This document shows positions 1 to 11,572 of a DNA stretch of 64,000 bases, one piece after another (position 1 is the stretch's first letter; every line of letters starts with the position of its first letter). The notes beneath the pieces are model-generated. The model was not told the origin of the DNA and did not search any database. It worked only from the letters and a program-made list of their open reading frames with translations. The translations under genes and the position numbers were made by a program. The stretch spans positions 148,552,001-148,616,000 of the forward strand of contig NC_091987.1 in assembly GCF_044704955.1 (NCBI RefSeq), read 5' to 3'. Origin of the DNA: Pristiophorus japonicus. Its lineage: Eukaryota.

Positions 1-74
1 TCACTCTCTTTCCCCCTCACCCCCCGCTCACACTCTCCCCCGCCTCTCTCTATCCATCCCCCCCTCACTCGCTC

Positions 75-274
75 NNNNNNNNNNNNNNNNNNNNNNNNNN
101 NNNNNNNNNNNNNNNNNNNNNNNNNNNNNNNNNNNNNNNNNNNNNNNNNNNNNNNNNNNNNNNNNNNNNNNNNNNNNNNNNNNNNNNNNNNNNNNNNNNN
201 NNNNNNNNNNNNNNNNNNNNNNNNNNNNNNNNNNNNNNNNNNNNNNNNNNNNNNNNNNNNNNNNNNNNNNNNNN
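75..274. other. Assembly gap (200 N)
   Basis: Run of N between a CT-rich tract and the G-rich minisatellite. Confidence 0.99.
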
Positions 275-1107
275 GGGGGGGAAATAGAGAGACACGGCGG
301 GGGGGGAGAATAGAGATACACGGGGGGGGGGGGAAATAGAGAGACACGGAGGGGGGGGGGAAATAGAGAGACATGGGGGGAATAGAGAGACACGGGGGGG
401 GTGGGGAATAGAGACACACGGCGGAGGGGGGGAATAGAGAGACATGGGGGGGGGGGGAATAGAGAGACACGGGGGGGGGGGAAATAGAGAGACACGGGGG
501 GGGGGGGAGAAATAGAGACACGGTGGGGGGGGGGAAATAGAGAGACACGGGGGGGGGAATAGAGAGACACGGGGGGGGGGAATAGAGAGACACGGTGGGG
601 GGGAATAGAGAGACACGGTGGGGGGGGGGAATAGAGAGACACGGTGGGGGGGGGGAATAGAGAGACACGGTGGGGGGGGGGAATAGAGAGACACGGTGGG
701 GGGGGCGGGGAAATAGAGAGACACGGTGGGGGGGGGGGGAATAGAGAGACACGGTGGGGGGGGGAAATAGAGAGACACGGTGGGGGGGGGGGAAATAGAG
801 AGACACGGTGGGGGGGGGCGGGGAAATAGAGAGACACGGTGGGGGGGGCGGGGAAATAGAGAGACACGGTGGGGGGGGGGAAAGAGAGAGACACGGTGGG
901 GGGGGCGGGGAAATAGAGAGACACGGTGGGGGGGGGGAAATAGAGAGACACGGTGGGGGGGGGGGGGAAATAGAGAGACACGGTGGGGGGGGGGGAAATA
1001 GAGAGACACGGTGGGGGGGGAGGGGGAATAGAGAGACACGGTGGGGGGGGGGGGGGGAATAGAGAGACACGGTGGGGGGGGGGGGGGGGGGGAATAGAGA
1101 GACACGG
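275..1107 (+). repeat. G-rich minisatellite at the start of MHC class I intron 2
   Basis: About 31 copies (counted by eye) of G(n)AA(A)TAGAGAGACACGG(T), ~25-32 bp each with variable G-run. It starts ~15 bp past the alpha1 exon donor and runs into the gap. Confidence 0.95.
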
Positions 1108-1122
1108 GTCGCGGGGGCTCAC

Positions 1123-1383
1123 CGTCGATCTGTTTGGTCTGGGTTAGGATGTCCTTACTATAGACCTTCATTCTCTGCTGCTGGCCCCGTGCAGTATGTG
1201 TGATCCACTTCCGGTACTCAGCGCCCTGTCTTTCTTCCACCCACCGCTGCCGCAGGATCACCTCCTTCCGATCGCTGTCATACTGAACAATCTGCGTATC
1301 GTCCACATAGCTGACTACCTCAAACTGCGGAACACCGGGCATCGGGGTCATCCACGTAAAGAAATACCGGAGGGAGTGAGAGC
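1123..1383 (-). CDS. MHC class I heavy chain, exon 2 (alpha1 domain); divergent, probably non-classical
   Basis: Translation GSHSLRYFFTWMTPMPGVPQFEVVSYVDDTQIVQYDSDRKEVILRQRWVEERQGAEYRKWITHTARGQQQRMKVYSKDILTQTKQID has the class I alpha1 signature (GSHSLRYF, YVDD, YDSD, W51, Y59). Acceptor TGTGTTACAG| at 1384, donor G|GTGAGC at 1122; 261 nt, phase 1 at both ends, no stops. Confidence 0.95.
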
Positions 1384-1734
1384 CTGTAACACACAGAGAC
1401 ATCAGAGCAAGAACCGCAAAACATCTTCTGCATTCCTACATTGTTGCTGGGTCACAATCCTGGAACTCCCTCCTTAACAGCTCTGTTGGGCTAACAGCTT
1501 TCTGCCTGTGGGAATAAGGAGCAAGGCTGGAAGAAGCATGGCCACAATGTTGACCAAGGCACCATGGAACAGGAGGCAGTCCAAGGGGAGCAGCAGGACA
1601 GAAAAGTTGGAGTTAGAGGAAGTCAGTTTAACATTGGGTTTGGGAGCTCCCAGAATCTGTCATTAGGGACAGAGTGACTGAGCACTTGACCAAATACAAA
1701 GTGCTCAGAGAGCCATGTTAAAGGTAAGTCAGCT

Positions 1735-2460
1735 TTGACTAATCTTGATGATTATGTTGAGGAGGTCACGACTGAGGTAGACAAGGGTGTGTCTATGGAT
1801 GTTATGTACATGGACTTCCAGTGTGTATTCACTAAGGTTCCACAAAAGAGACTTAGCAAAATGAGAGTGCCTGGAATTGGAGGTAGTCTTTTGGCTTGGG
1901 CTGTAAATTGGGAGACAGAGACTGGGGATAAAAGGTATGTACTCTGATTGGTGGGATGTGACCAGTGCTGTCCCCCAGGGATCTGTTCTGGGCCTCACCT
2001 TTTCACTACATTTATAACTGACTTGGATGAAGGAGAGGAGAGTTGTATATTGAAGTTTGCAGATGGCACTGAGTTAGAGGGACAGTAAGTTGTGTAGGTG
2101 GGAGCAGGAAGTTACAAAGGGACATCGTTAGATTACGTGTGGATAAAACTGTGGTAGATGGAGTTCACTGTGGGAAAGTGTGAGGTCATCCAGATTGGAC
2201 CCGAGAAAAATCGATCAGTGTATTTCTAATGGAGAGAGGCTGGAAACTGTGGAGGAGCAGAGAGATTTAGGGCCCAAGTACAGAAATCACTAAAAGTTAA
2301 TATAGACAGGTACAAAAAATAATTTTAAATGCTGATGGAATGTTGGCCTTTATCTCGAGGGCTGGAACCCGAGGGGGTAAGTTATGTTCCAGTTCTAGAA
2401 AGCTCTGGTTGGACCCCACCTGGAGCACTACATTCAGTTCTGGGCACAGAGAGGGTGCTG
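1735..2460 (+). mobile_element. Decayed CR1-type LINE fragment (RT region)
   Basis: Remnant RT motifs [33 protein letters not shown] and KFADG, with many frameshifts. Confidence 0.8.
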
Positions 2461-2483
2461 TACTATAACAACAACTTGTATTT

Positions 2484-3438
2484 ATCATAGAATCATAGAC
2501 GTTTACAGCACGGAAGGTGGCCATTTTGGCCCATTGTGTCCGCGCCAGCCAACAAGAGGCTATCCAGCCTAATCCCACTTTCCAGCTCTAGATCCGTAGC
2601 CCTGTAGGTTACAGCACTTCAAGTGCACTTCGAAGTACTTTTTAAATGTGGTGAGGGTTTCTGCCTCTACCACCCTTTCAGGCAGTGAGTTCCAGACTCC
2701 CACTACCCTCTGCGTGAAGAAATTTCCCCTCAAATCCCCTCTAAACCTCCTACCAATTACTTTAAATCTATGCCCCTGGTTGTTGACCCTCTGCTACGGG
2801 AAATAGGCCCTTTCTATCCACTATATCTAGGCCCCTCATAATTTTACACACCTCAATATGGTCTCCCCTCAGCCTCCTCTGTTCTAATGAGAACAAATCC
2901 AGCCTATCCAATCTGTCCTCATAGCTAAGATTCTCCACTCCCGGCAACATCCTCATAAATCTCCTCTGCACCCTCTCCAGTGCAATCACGTCCTTCCTGT
3001 AATGCGGTGACCAGAACTGCACGCAGTATTCCAGCTGTGGCTTAACCAATGTCTTATACAGTTCAAGCATAACCTCCCCCTGCTCTTGTATTCTATGCCT
3101 TGGCTAATAAAGGCAAACATTCAGTATGCCTTCTTAACCACCTTATCTACCTAACCTGCTACTTTCAGGGATCTGTGGACATGCACTCCAAGGTCCCTTT
3201 GTTCCTCTACACTTCTTAGTATCCTACCATTTAATGTGTATTCCCTTTCCTTGTTAGCCCTCCCCAAATGAATTACCTCACACTTCTGAGTTAAATTCCA
3301 TTTGCCACTGCCCTGCCCACCTGACCAGTTGATTCATATCTTTCTGCAGTCCGCAGCTTTCTTCTTCATTATCAACCACACACCCGATTTTAGGATCATC
3401 TGCAAACTTCTTAATCATACCCCCTATATTCAAGTCTA
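2484..3438 (-). mobile_element. CR1-type LINE A, 3' part (continues at 12122-12399 and 13527-13670)
   Basis: ATCATAGA tail repeats at ~2485; LELYKTLVKPQLEYCVQFWSPHY and KFADD. Removing 3439-12121 plus one TA restores GPLLFVVYINDLDLNIGG across the junction. Confidence 0.9.
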
Positions 3439-4106
3439 GGGCTAGATTTTCCATTATTTTTGCATGCATACCGCCCACTTACTGTCCATTTTAATGCTGA
3501 AATGAGGTGTAATGCCCATATATCGGCCATTAGCCGGAAAATGGAAACTGACGCCCATTTCTCGGTCACTTATCGGCAAGCGTTACTTTCGGCATGTACA
3601 TAACGCCGATGAAAAATAATACCATCCGCCCACTTTTTTTGGGCGGAAACTTCAGAATGGGCGAACCCAACGCCCATATTGCCCAGCGTTACTTTTGACA
3701 ACTAATTTACGCCGAGATTCAGTAATACCGCCCGGTCACTTTTTTTTTGTAAACATAACATTGGCCGAAACTAACGCCCAGAAAATCGCCAAGCGTCACT
3801 TTCAGCACCTCGCACACATATCACCCATAATCTCGCTCACCCAAAAAAAAAACGCTGTGAAAAAGTTGAACCGACCTGAACTAATCACAGCGGTGTGGAC
3901 ACCATTTTGTAAATCACAGGTCGCTTCATTGAAAAGGCTGCTTCAACTTCAGGGGAGTTTGGATGTACTCTGGAGGTCTTTTAAGATGATGTGACCATCT
4001 GAACAGACATCTTTTCATACTGTGGACGATTGGATTTTACTTTAGGTGTCTTAGTGGGGACATTTATTGCTTGTGAACAATTGGCATCATACTTATAGTT
4101 ATTGGA

Positions 4107-5234
4107 ATGGGGCCAGCCATTTCTCAGCCTGCCTTGATGACAACGCAGATGCTGCAGAGTACAAATGGCACAAGGTCTAACCCATAGCATTATGTGCCCA
4201 ATCTAAGATGTGCCAGATTGATGAGGAGGACCAGACATTACAAACCCCCGCACTTACAGGGGGAAGCGGTCTTACCTCGACTTATCCGGGAGCCTTTGGA
4301 GAATGCGCTTTCACAAAGAGGTTATCACTGAGATATGCCAGCTCATCAGGGCAGATCTGCAGCCTGCCAGCACCCATCAGGACCGCACTGTCCGTCGAGG
4401 TCAAGATCACCGCGGCACTTTCGTTCTACGTGTCGGGTTCCTTTCAGGCCTCCACTGGCGACATTTGCGCTATATCTCAACATACCACATAATACTGCAT
4501 TATCAGCTTCCCCATGGCCACAGAGGCTCAGACTGACAGGGCTCTCGGAGTCTACCGAATTGCTAACTTCTCCAAGGTGCAGGGAGTAATAGACTGTATG
4601 CAATTCGCCATGTGGGCGCCTTTTGAGGACGCAGAGGATTTTCGCAACCGAAAAAGGTTTTCACTCCCTGAAGGTCCAACTCGTTGTCGACCACAACCAG
4701 ATAATTATGGTAATGAATGCCAAATTTCTGAGCAGCAGCGATGAGGCTCACATCCTGCGTGAGAGCGCTGTATCTAACATGTTTACCAGTCGGCCACAAG
4801 GTCACTGCTGGATGTTTGGTGACAAACGATATGGCCTCACCACTTGGCTGGTGACCCCACTGCGTGACACCCACACCGAAGCTGAGAAGCGATACAATGA
4901 GAGCCACATAGCCACACGCAATGTGGTCCAGAAAACTATTGGTGTGCTTAAGCAAGGCTTTAGATGCCTGGACCGCTCAGGAGGGGAACTACAATACAAC
5001 CCTGATCAGGTAGCTCAATTCGTGGTCATGTGCTCTATGCTGCACAACTTAGCTATCAGGAGGGGGCAAGAATTGCCAGAAGGGATTGATAGTCCACCTC
5101 AGGAGAGAGAAGAAGAGGAGGATAAAGAGGTGGACGCTTACCTCGGGCCAGACAATCAGGTTGACTGTGCAATCATACCCACGACCCCTCCAGACCGCAG
5201 GAGCAAGATTCTTAGGTCAGCAGCTCATAAATGA
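4107..5234 (+). pseudogene. Harbinger DDE transposase (HARBI1-like), frameshifted
   Basis: Motifs spread over several frames: LSVEVKITAALSFYVSGSFQ..GD, GVIDC, FRNRKGFHSLKVQLVVD, GDKRY, YNESHIATRNVVQKTIGVLK..FRCLD, C..LHN. The catalytic Glu position reads Gln; stops and frameshifts present. Confidence 0.88.
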
Positions 5235-7341
5235 GCGCTTTGCCTGAAAGAACGTTGCTGCTTTTGACAAAGCTGACACACTGCTGGGCATCACCTTGGT
5301 GCCAGTTAAAGTTTAAGTTGATTGAAGTGAAGTTTAATTATACCCTCTCATGTTAAGGAATCATCAATGTGTAACGGTGCAACTATCTGAGACAATGCGC
5401 AACAAGGTTATGTTAAATAAAAAACATTTAATCCGACCATTTGTCTGAAATCATAAGAATAACTGTCAAAAACACCCACCCCCACCCGACATTTTATAAC
5501 ATTGATATCAATCAAATGGTCAACATTTCCAGCAACCCAGAACACAAATGCAAACCAACAGGGTGGCCCCCTCCCCTCTCACCGCATACCTTACAAAAAA
5601 AATTGCATACACCGAGATGGAGATATAATAAAGCCATCACCTGCGGACATGCATCTCACCTTCCTTCCCCACCCCACCCTTCTTCTCACAACCTCTACCC
5701 CTTCCCTCCTGACTCCACGCCGCCTGGCCGAGGTGCTCCTCAGGCGGTGCCTCATTGGGGGGGGGGGGGAATGAAGGCAGAGCCGGTGGTTGCACGGATG
5801 CGGGAGCGGGGAGGGGGGGGGGGGGTGGTCCCAAGGTGGGAACCCTCTCCGATCCAGAAGCAAGATGTTGCTCCTGCCTTGCATGTGTCATTGACAATGG
5901 GGTGCAGTGCTACGCTCTGGGACCACTGGGAGGCCTCTGCCACCAGTGTTCCTGGCTATCAGCTCCAGGGCCTCCGCCATCCGTGGAACATACTCCGTCA
6001 TAGTTCCGGACCTGCTGGTCAGCTGTCGCGATATGCCCCCAATGTCTGGAGGATCTGCTGACCTATGTCAACACTCCTCCTGGACAAGTTGACCATGTTG
6101 CCGCTCAGACCTGCCACTGGTGGAGCAGACCTGTCGCATCTAAGAAACCTCCATGGGGTCGGCGCCGTCCTGGTAACAACTGGAGTGCCCTGTGGGGAGG
6201 TGCTTGGGCTTGGTTCCTCCATAGTGGAGGTGTGAATGGCCGCAGGAGCACGAGATGGCGTTGGAGTCGATTGCCTTCTGGAGCCTGGCGATGCAGGCTC
6301 CTCGAAGTCCGAGCTGTCATCTATAGAGAACGGACCCAGCAGATTGATGGGCGAGAATCGGAGCTCCTCAGCACCAGATGTAGGATCGTCCGGTGAGTCC
6401 GGCCCCGCGCCCCCAGCTTCTGGCCTCGGTGGTCTTGCCTGGGGACGTGCTGCTGGCTGAGCTGCAAAACACAAATGAGGTTATTAGAGGAGAAGGAGGT
6501 GCTAGGGTCACAAGGCGAGTCCAGCGCTACACACAGTATATGCACGACGAAAGCACCAACGCTATCAAAATCATCACAGACATCACATTTCATGACCATC
6601 AACACATTCTGAATTGCAATGATTCTCATGAGGCCAGCATTATTTAGAGGACACTTTCAGCAATCATCTGTCATATATTATTGTTTGGAAAAGAGTGGAT
6701 GTGGCATCTATTGACTTTACATCACGCAATAGTATATACTTTACTCACGTGGCATCACATCAGGTTCTGCAGCTGCCTGCGTGGCCAACCGGGGGTGGGT
6801 CCCCACTAGTGCCAACACCCGCTCCTCTATATCGGTGATGTCGATGATGACTGGTGGCCCCCCACCCGTTCGCCTGTGCTCGGCCCTATTCCTTGAAATC
6901 ATTGCGTAATATCATTGCTCGGTACTGTCACAGAGACTGATACAACACATAAGCGACAGATGTAATCATGATTATGATGATAATTATCATTCTTTACCTA
7001 AAGATGTACACCGTGAACACAGGCTTGGAGTACAACATTCCCAGTAAAAGTGAAAGACCTCACATCTGATTTTAATCACTCATCACACTTACAAGTCAGA
7101 TTATATAAATACATAAGTACACGTAAATAAATGTCATACTTACTCTGGCGGATCCAACAAGGTCATTCCATCGCTTTCGGATTGGTTGCCCTCACGCACC
7201 TCATTGGTCGCCGACGAGACCACCTCGGCTCATATCTTCTGGTAGGTCTTTGGGGTGGGCTTCCCATGGTCATCCTGTGTCAATTCACACCAGCGTGACT
7301 CGACCTCCTGCATGAGAGGGGCATTTACCTCGTCCGAGAAC

Positions 7342-7588
7342 TGTCATGTATTCTACTGTCATTGTAATCCATGTGTAAACTGACCTAAGTTGTACACTGT
7401 GAGAACACTGACCACTAGGTGGTGAACTTGTGGGAGACACTCCTAACCTGGACTTTCAGGTATAAAAGGGGAAGCTCCACCCATCTTCGGCACTTCAGTG
7501 CTGGCTAATAAAGGTTACTGGTCACAGAGTGACCTTCTCTCTACTATGGGCCTCGTGTGCATTTGTACTGTATAGTAAGGACATATTA
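7342..7588 (+). repeat. 5' LTR (247 bp)
   Basis: Starts TGTCATGTATT, contains TATAAAA and AATAAA, followed by the PBS; direct repeat of 11328-11572. Confidence 0.95.
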
Positions 7589-7624
7589 TTGGCGACGGGA
7601 AACTGGGATTTAAACCACGCGAAC

Positions 7625-8689
7625 ATGGCCACTAGCAGCACAGACGAGAGGTACTGTGTTGGTGATGATTAGGCCGATTTTATTGAGAGACTACAGCAAA
7701 GTTTCGTCACTAAGGAATGGCTGGGACAGGATTCGTCCGACAAACGCAGGGCTCATCTCCGGACGGTTTGTGGATCCAGGATGTACTCCCTGATGAAGGA
7801 CCTTCTAGTGCCAGAGAAGCCGGCGGACAAGACTTTTCAAGAGCTCAGTAAGTTGATCGGGGAACACTTTAAACCGGCGAGCAGCATGCACATGGCGAGA
7901 CACCGGTTTTACACGCACCAGCGGCGAGAAGGGCAAAGCGTTCCAGACTTCGTGGCAAACCTCCGGCGACTGGCGAGGCTATGTAAGTTCTCAGATGCAT
8001 GCAGAGCGGAGATGCTGCGAGACTTTTTCATTGAGGGCATCGGGCACGCTGGGGTTTTCAGGAAACTGATCGAGACCAAAGACTCGACCCTGGAAACGTC
8101 GGCTTTGATGGCCCAGACATTTATCTCAGGGGAGGAAGAGGCCAGAATGATGTTTGACAAAAATGTTGGTTTAATTGCAGCAAATGGACAGGAAGTCAAT
8201 ATTGTTAACGCGGCACACAGTTCTCCAGGCAGACAGGGGCAATCGGACATGCCCGAGCATGTAGTCGAACCCAAAGGGGGAATTCAACAGAGACAATGGC
8301 TAGCTGAACGGCGATTCATGCCATCGCAAGGGACAATGCGGCCAGTAATGGGGCCATCAACACCTGTCAATGGTGCATTTCAGGACAGTTACAGAGACAG
8401 TCAGAGACGATCGACTGGTAATGGGCCTTTTGTTTCCAACAACGGCTCATGTTGGAGGTGTGGATGCAAACACACAGCCAGACCTTGCAGGTATCAGCAA
8501 TATACCTGCAGAAACTGCAACATCAGCGGTCACTTGGTGCGTATGTGCAGGAAGCCTGCAGCCAGGTTGATGTACGAGGAGGACGGGCCCGATGTAAGCC
8601 CTACGAGGCCAAATGGACACTGGGGGAAATCGCTGGAAGCTGAAGTTCAGCGCGTTCATGTGGAGCCGTACTTGATGCGGGAAAAGTAG
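7625..8689 (+). pseudogene. Gypsy gag with two zinc knuckles
   Basis: RHRFY...Q.EGQSV.DFVANLRRLA..C.F; knuckles CWRCGCKHTARPC and CRNCNISGHLVRMC; early in-frame TAG near 7670. Confidence 0.88.
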
Positions 8690-11275
8690 AAGGCGAATGG
8701 GACCGACTGCTGAGGGAAGGCATCATCTCGCCAGTCGAATTCAGTGACTGGGCGAGCACGATTGTACCGGTGCTCAAGGCGGATGGGTCGGTCAGGATAC
8801 GTGGTGATTACAAGGCCACCATCAATCAGGTGTCATTCCAAGACCAGTAACCGCTACCGAGAGCGGAGGACCTCTTTGCGACGCTATCCGGTGGAAAACT
8901 TTTTTCAAAATTGGACTTGCCCTCAGCTTACATGACCCAGGGGCTGGCGAGTGAGTCGAAGAAGCTGATCACCATCATGACACACAAGGGGTTGTTTGAG
9001 TACAACAGATGTCCGTTCGGGATTCGCTCGGCCGCCGCGATCTTTCAACGAAACATGGAAAGTCTCCTCAAGTCGATTATAGGACAGTGGTTTTTAAAGA
9101 TGACATCCTCATCACGGGTTGCGATACTGAAGAACACCTCCACAACCTGGAGGAAGTGCTACGCAGACTGGACCGGGTAGGTCTACGACTGAAAAAGGCG
9201 AAGTGCGTCTTCCTAGCTCCAGAGGTAGAATTCTTGGGGATGAGGGTAGCAGCAGACGGGATCAGACCTACTGTGTCCAAAACGGAAGCGATCCAGAGAG
9301 CACCCAGACCCTGTAACACGACGGAGCTGCGTTCGTTCCTGGGGCTCCTGAACTATGTTGGTAACTTTCTTCCCAAATTGAGCACACTGTTAGAGCCGCT
9401 ACATGTGCTCCTACGCAAAGGTCGCGAATGGGTCTGGGGGGACAGCCAGGAAAGGGCGTTTAATAGAGCACACAATTTGTTATGTTCCAACAATCTGTTA
9501 ACGCTATATGATCCATGTAAGAAACTTGTTTTAATGTGCGATGCGTTGTCCTATGGGTTCGGGTGTGTGTTGCAGCATGTTAATGCCAAGGGTCAGTTAC
9601 AGCCGGTAGCTTATGCCTCCAGAAGTCTGTCCCAGGCAGAAAGGGGCTACAGGATAGTAGAAAAGGAAGCGCTTGCATGTGTATATGCAGTAAAAAAAAA
9701 TGCACCAGTACCTGTTTGGCAAGAAATTTGAGCTGGAGACAGATCACAAACCCCTAACGTCCCTTTTGGCCAACAACAAGGCCATAAATGCAAATGCATC
9801 GGCCCGCATACAGAGGTGGGCACTCACGTTAGCCGCCTATGACTATACAATTTGGCACAGACCGGGCACTGAAAACTGTGCCGATGCACTCAGCAGGCTC
9901 CCACTAGCCACCACCGAGGGGGCAACCGAGCATGCTGTCGAGATGGTCATGGCTGTTGAAGCTTTCGAAAGCGAAGGCTCACCCGTGACAGCCTGTCAGA
10001 TCAAAGTCTGGACAAATAGAGACCGCTACTGTCTTTAGTCAAGAAATGTGTCCTGAATGGGGACTGGGCAGCCACGTGCGGGGCATGCCCTGAGGAATTT
10101 AAACCATTTCACAGGCGCAAGGATGAACTCTCGATTCAGGCCGATTGCCTACTGTGGGGAAACCGCGTAGTCATGCCCCAGATGGGCAGAGAGGTGTTCA
10201 TCAGAGAACTCCACAATGACCACCTGGGCATTGGCATAATGAAGGCAATTGCCAGGTCACACGTTTGGTGGCCAGGGATAGACGCAGACCTGGAACTTTG
10301 TGTTCGCAGGTGCAACACGTGTGCCCAACTGGGCAATGCGCCCAGAGAAGCCCCCCTTAGCCCCTGGTCCTGGCCCGCCAAGCCATGGTCACGCATCCGT
10401 GTGGACTATGCAGGTCCTTTCATGAGAAAAATGTTTTTGGTTGCAGTAGCCGCCTACTCCAAATGGATCGAGTGTGACATTCTCAATTCAAGCACATCCT
10501 CTGCCACGGTAGAAAGTCTACGGGCAATGTTCGCCACCCATGGACTACCGGACGTCTTGGTCAGCGACAATGGCCCGTGCTTTACAAGCATTGAATTCCA
10601 GGACGTCATGGCAGGAAATGGTATCAACCATGTCAGAACAGCTCTGTTCAAGCCGGCCTCAAACGGCCAGGCGGAACGAGCAGTGCAGATAATCAAACAG
10701 GGGATGCTCAGAATCCAAGGGGGTTCCCTACAAAGCCGCTTATCACGCCTCCTGTTGGCCAATAGATCCCGACCACACTCGCTCACAGGGGTTCCACCCA
10801 CAGAGCTGCTAATGAAAAGGACGCTCAAAACCAGGTTATCCCTTATACACCCCACCATGAAAGAAATTGTTGAGAGAAGGCGCCGGTCACAATATGACTA
10901 CCATGATGGGAATGCAAGGGCGCGATGTATTGATGTCAATGACCCTGTCTTTGTCCTCAACTACGCTGCAGGGCCAAATGGCTCGCAGGCACTATGATTG
11001 CCAAAGAGGGGAATAGGATTCTGGTAGTTAAACTTACCAATGGACAAATCTGCCAGAAACACGTGGATCAAACAAAAAGGAGGTTCAGCAACCCCATAGA
11101 AGAAGCAGAGGAAGAACACGATGTAGAGTTCACTCCACCACAGGTGACCGAACACCGGAACCAAGTGGAGGAGAGCGCAGTCACTGTGGGCAGTCCGGAC
11201 AGGCCTGAGGCACCGCAAACAGCAGACACTCAGGCCAGCGCCCAACAACCGGAGCCCCAACTCAAGGGAGCGTAA
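8666..11275 (+). pseudogene. Gypsy pol (RT, RNase H, integrase), frameshifted; protease region missing
   Basis: Motifs YNRCPFGIRSAAAIFQ, FKDDILITG, LMCDALSYGFG, TDHKPL, ADALSR, H-H-C-C zinc finger, and D-D-E core RVDYAG/SDNG/QAER. Confidence 0.9.
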
Positions 11276-11327
11276 ACCACAAGAGAGACTTAATCTGTGA
11301 TCCCTTAAGACTTTGGGGGGAAGGTGA

Positions 11328-11572
11328 TGTCATGTATTCTACTGTCATTGTAATCCATGTATAAACTGACCCAAGTTGTACACCGTGAGAACACTGACCA
11401 CTAGGTGGTGAACTTGTGGGAGACACTCCTAACTTGGACTTTCCGGTATAAAAGGGGAAGCTCCACCCATCTTCGGCACTTCTGTGCTGGCTAATAAAGG
11501 ACTGGTCACAGAGTCACCTTCTCTCTAGTATGGGCCTCGTGTGCATTTGTACTGTATAGAAAGGACATATTA
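11328..11572 (+). repeat. 3' LTR (245 bp)
   Basis: Preceded by the PPT; differs from the 5' LTR by 9 substitutions and one 2-bp indel in my manual comparison. Confidence 0.95.

Larger units (their letters stand above)
7342..11572 (+). mobile_element. Ty3/Gypsy LTR retrotransposon with both LTRs, internally deleted
   Basis: Direct LTRs, PBS TGGCGAC at 7590, PPT GGGGGGAAGGTGA at 11315-11327, flanks AGAAC/AGAAT, domain order gag-RT-RNaseH-integrase. Confidence 0.95.

Noticed and set aside
275-1107. CRISPR-like regular repeat with variable spacers
   Set aside because: The spacers are just G-runs, there are no cas genes, and the context is a vertebrate intron.
28-1402. 364-aa and 445-aa proline-rich ORFs and short Gly-rich plus-strand ORFs
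   Set aside because: These are read-through of the minisatellite and N gap. Only 1123-1383 is a real exon, bounded by splice sites.
4107-5234. Domesticated HARBI1 host gene
   Set aside because: It is frameshifted, sits inside TIRs with a Myb/SANT partner, and is inserted in a LINE, so it is a decayed transposon copy.
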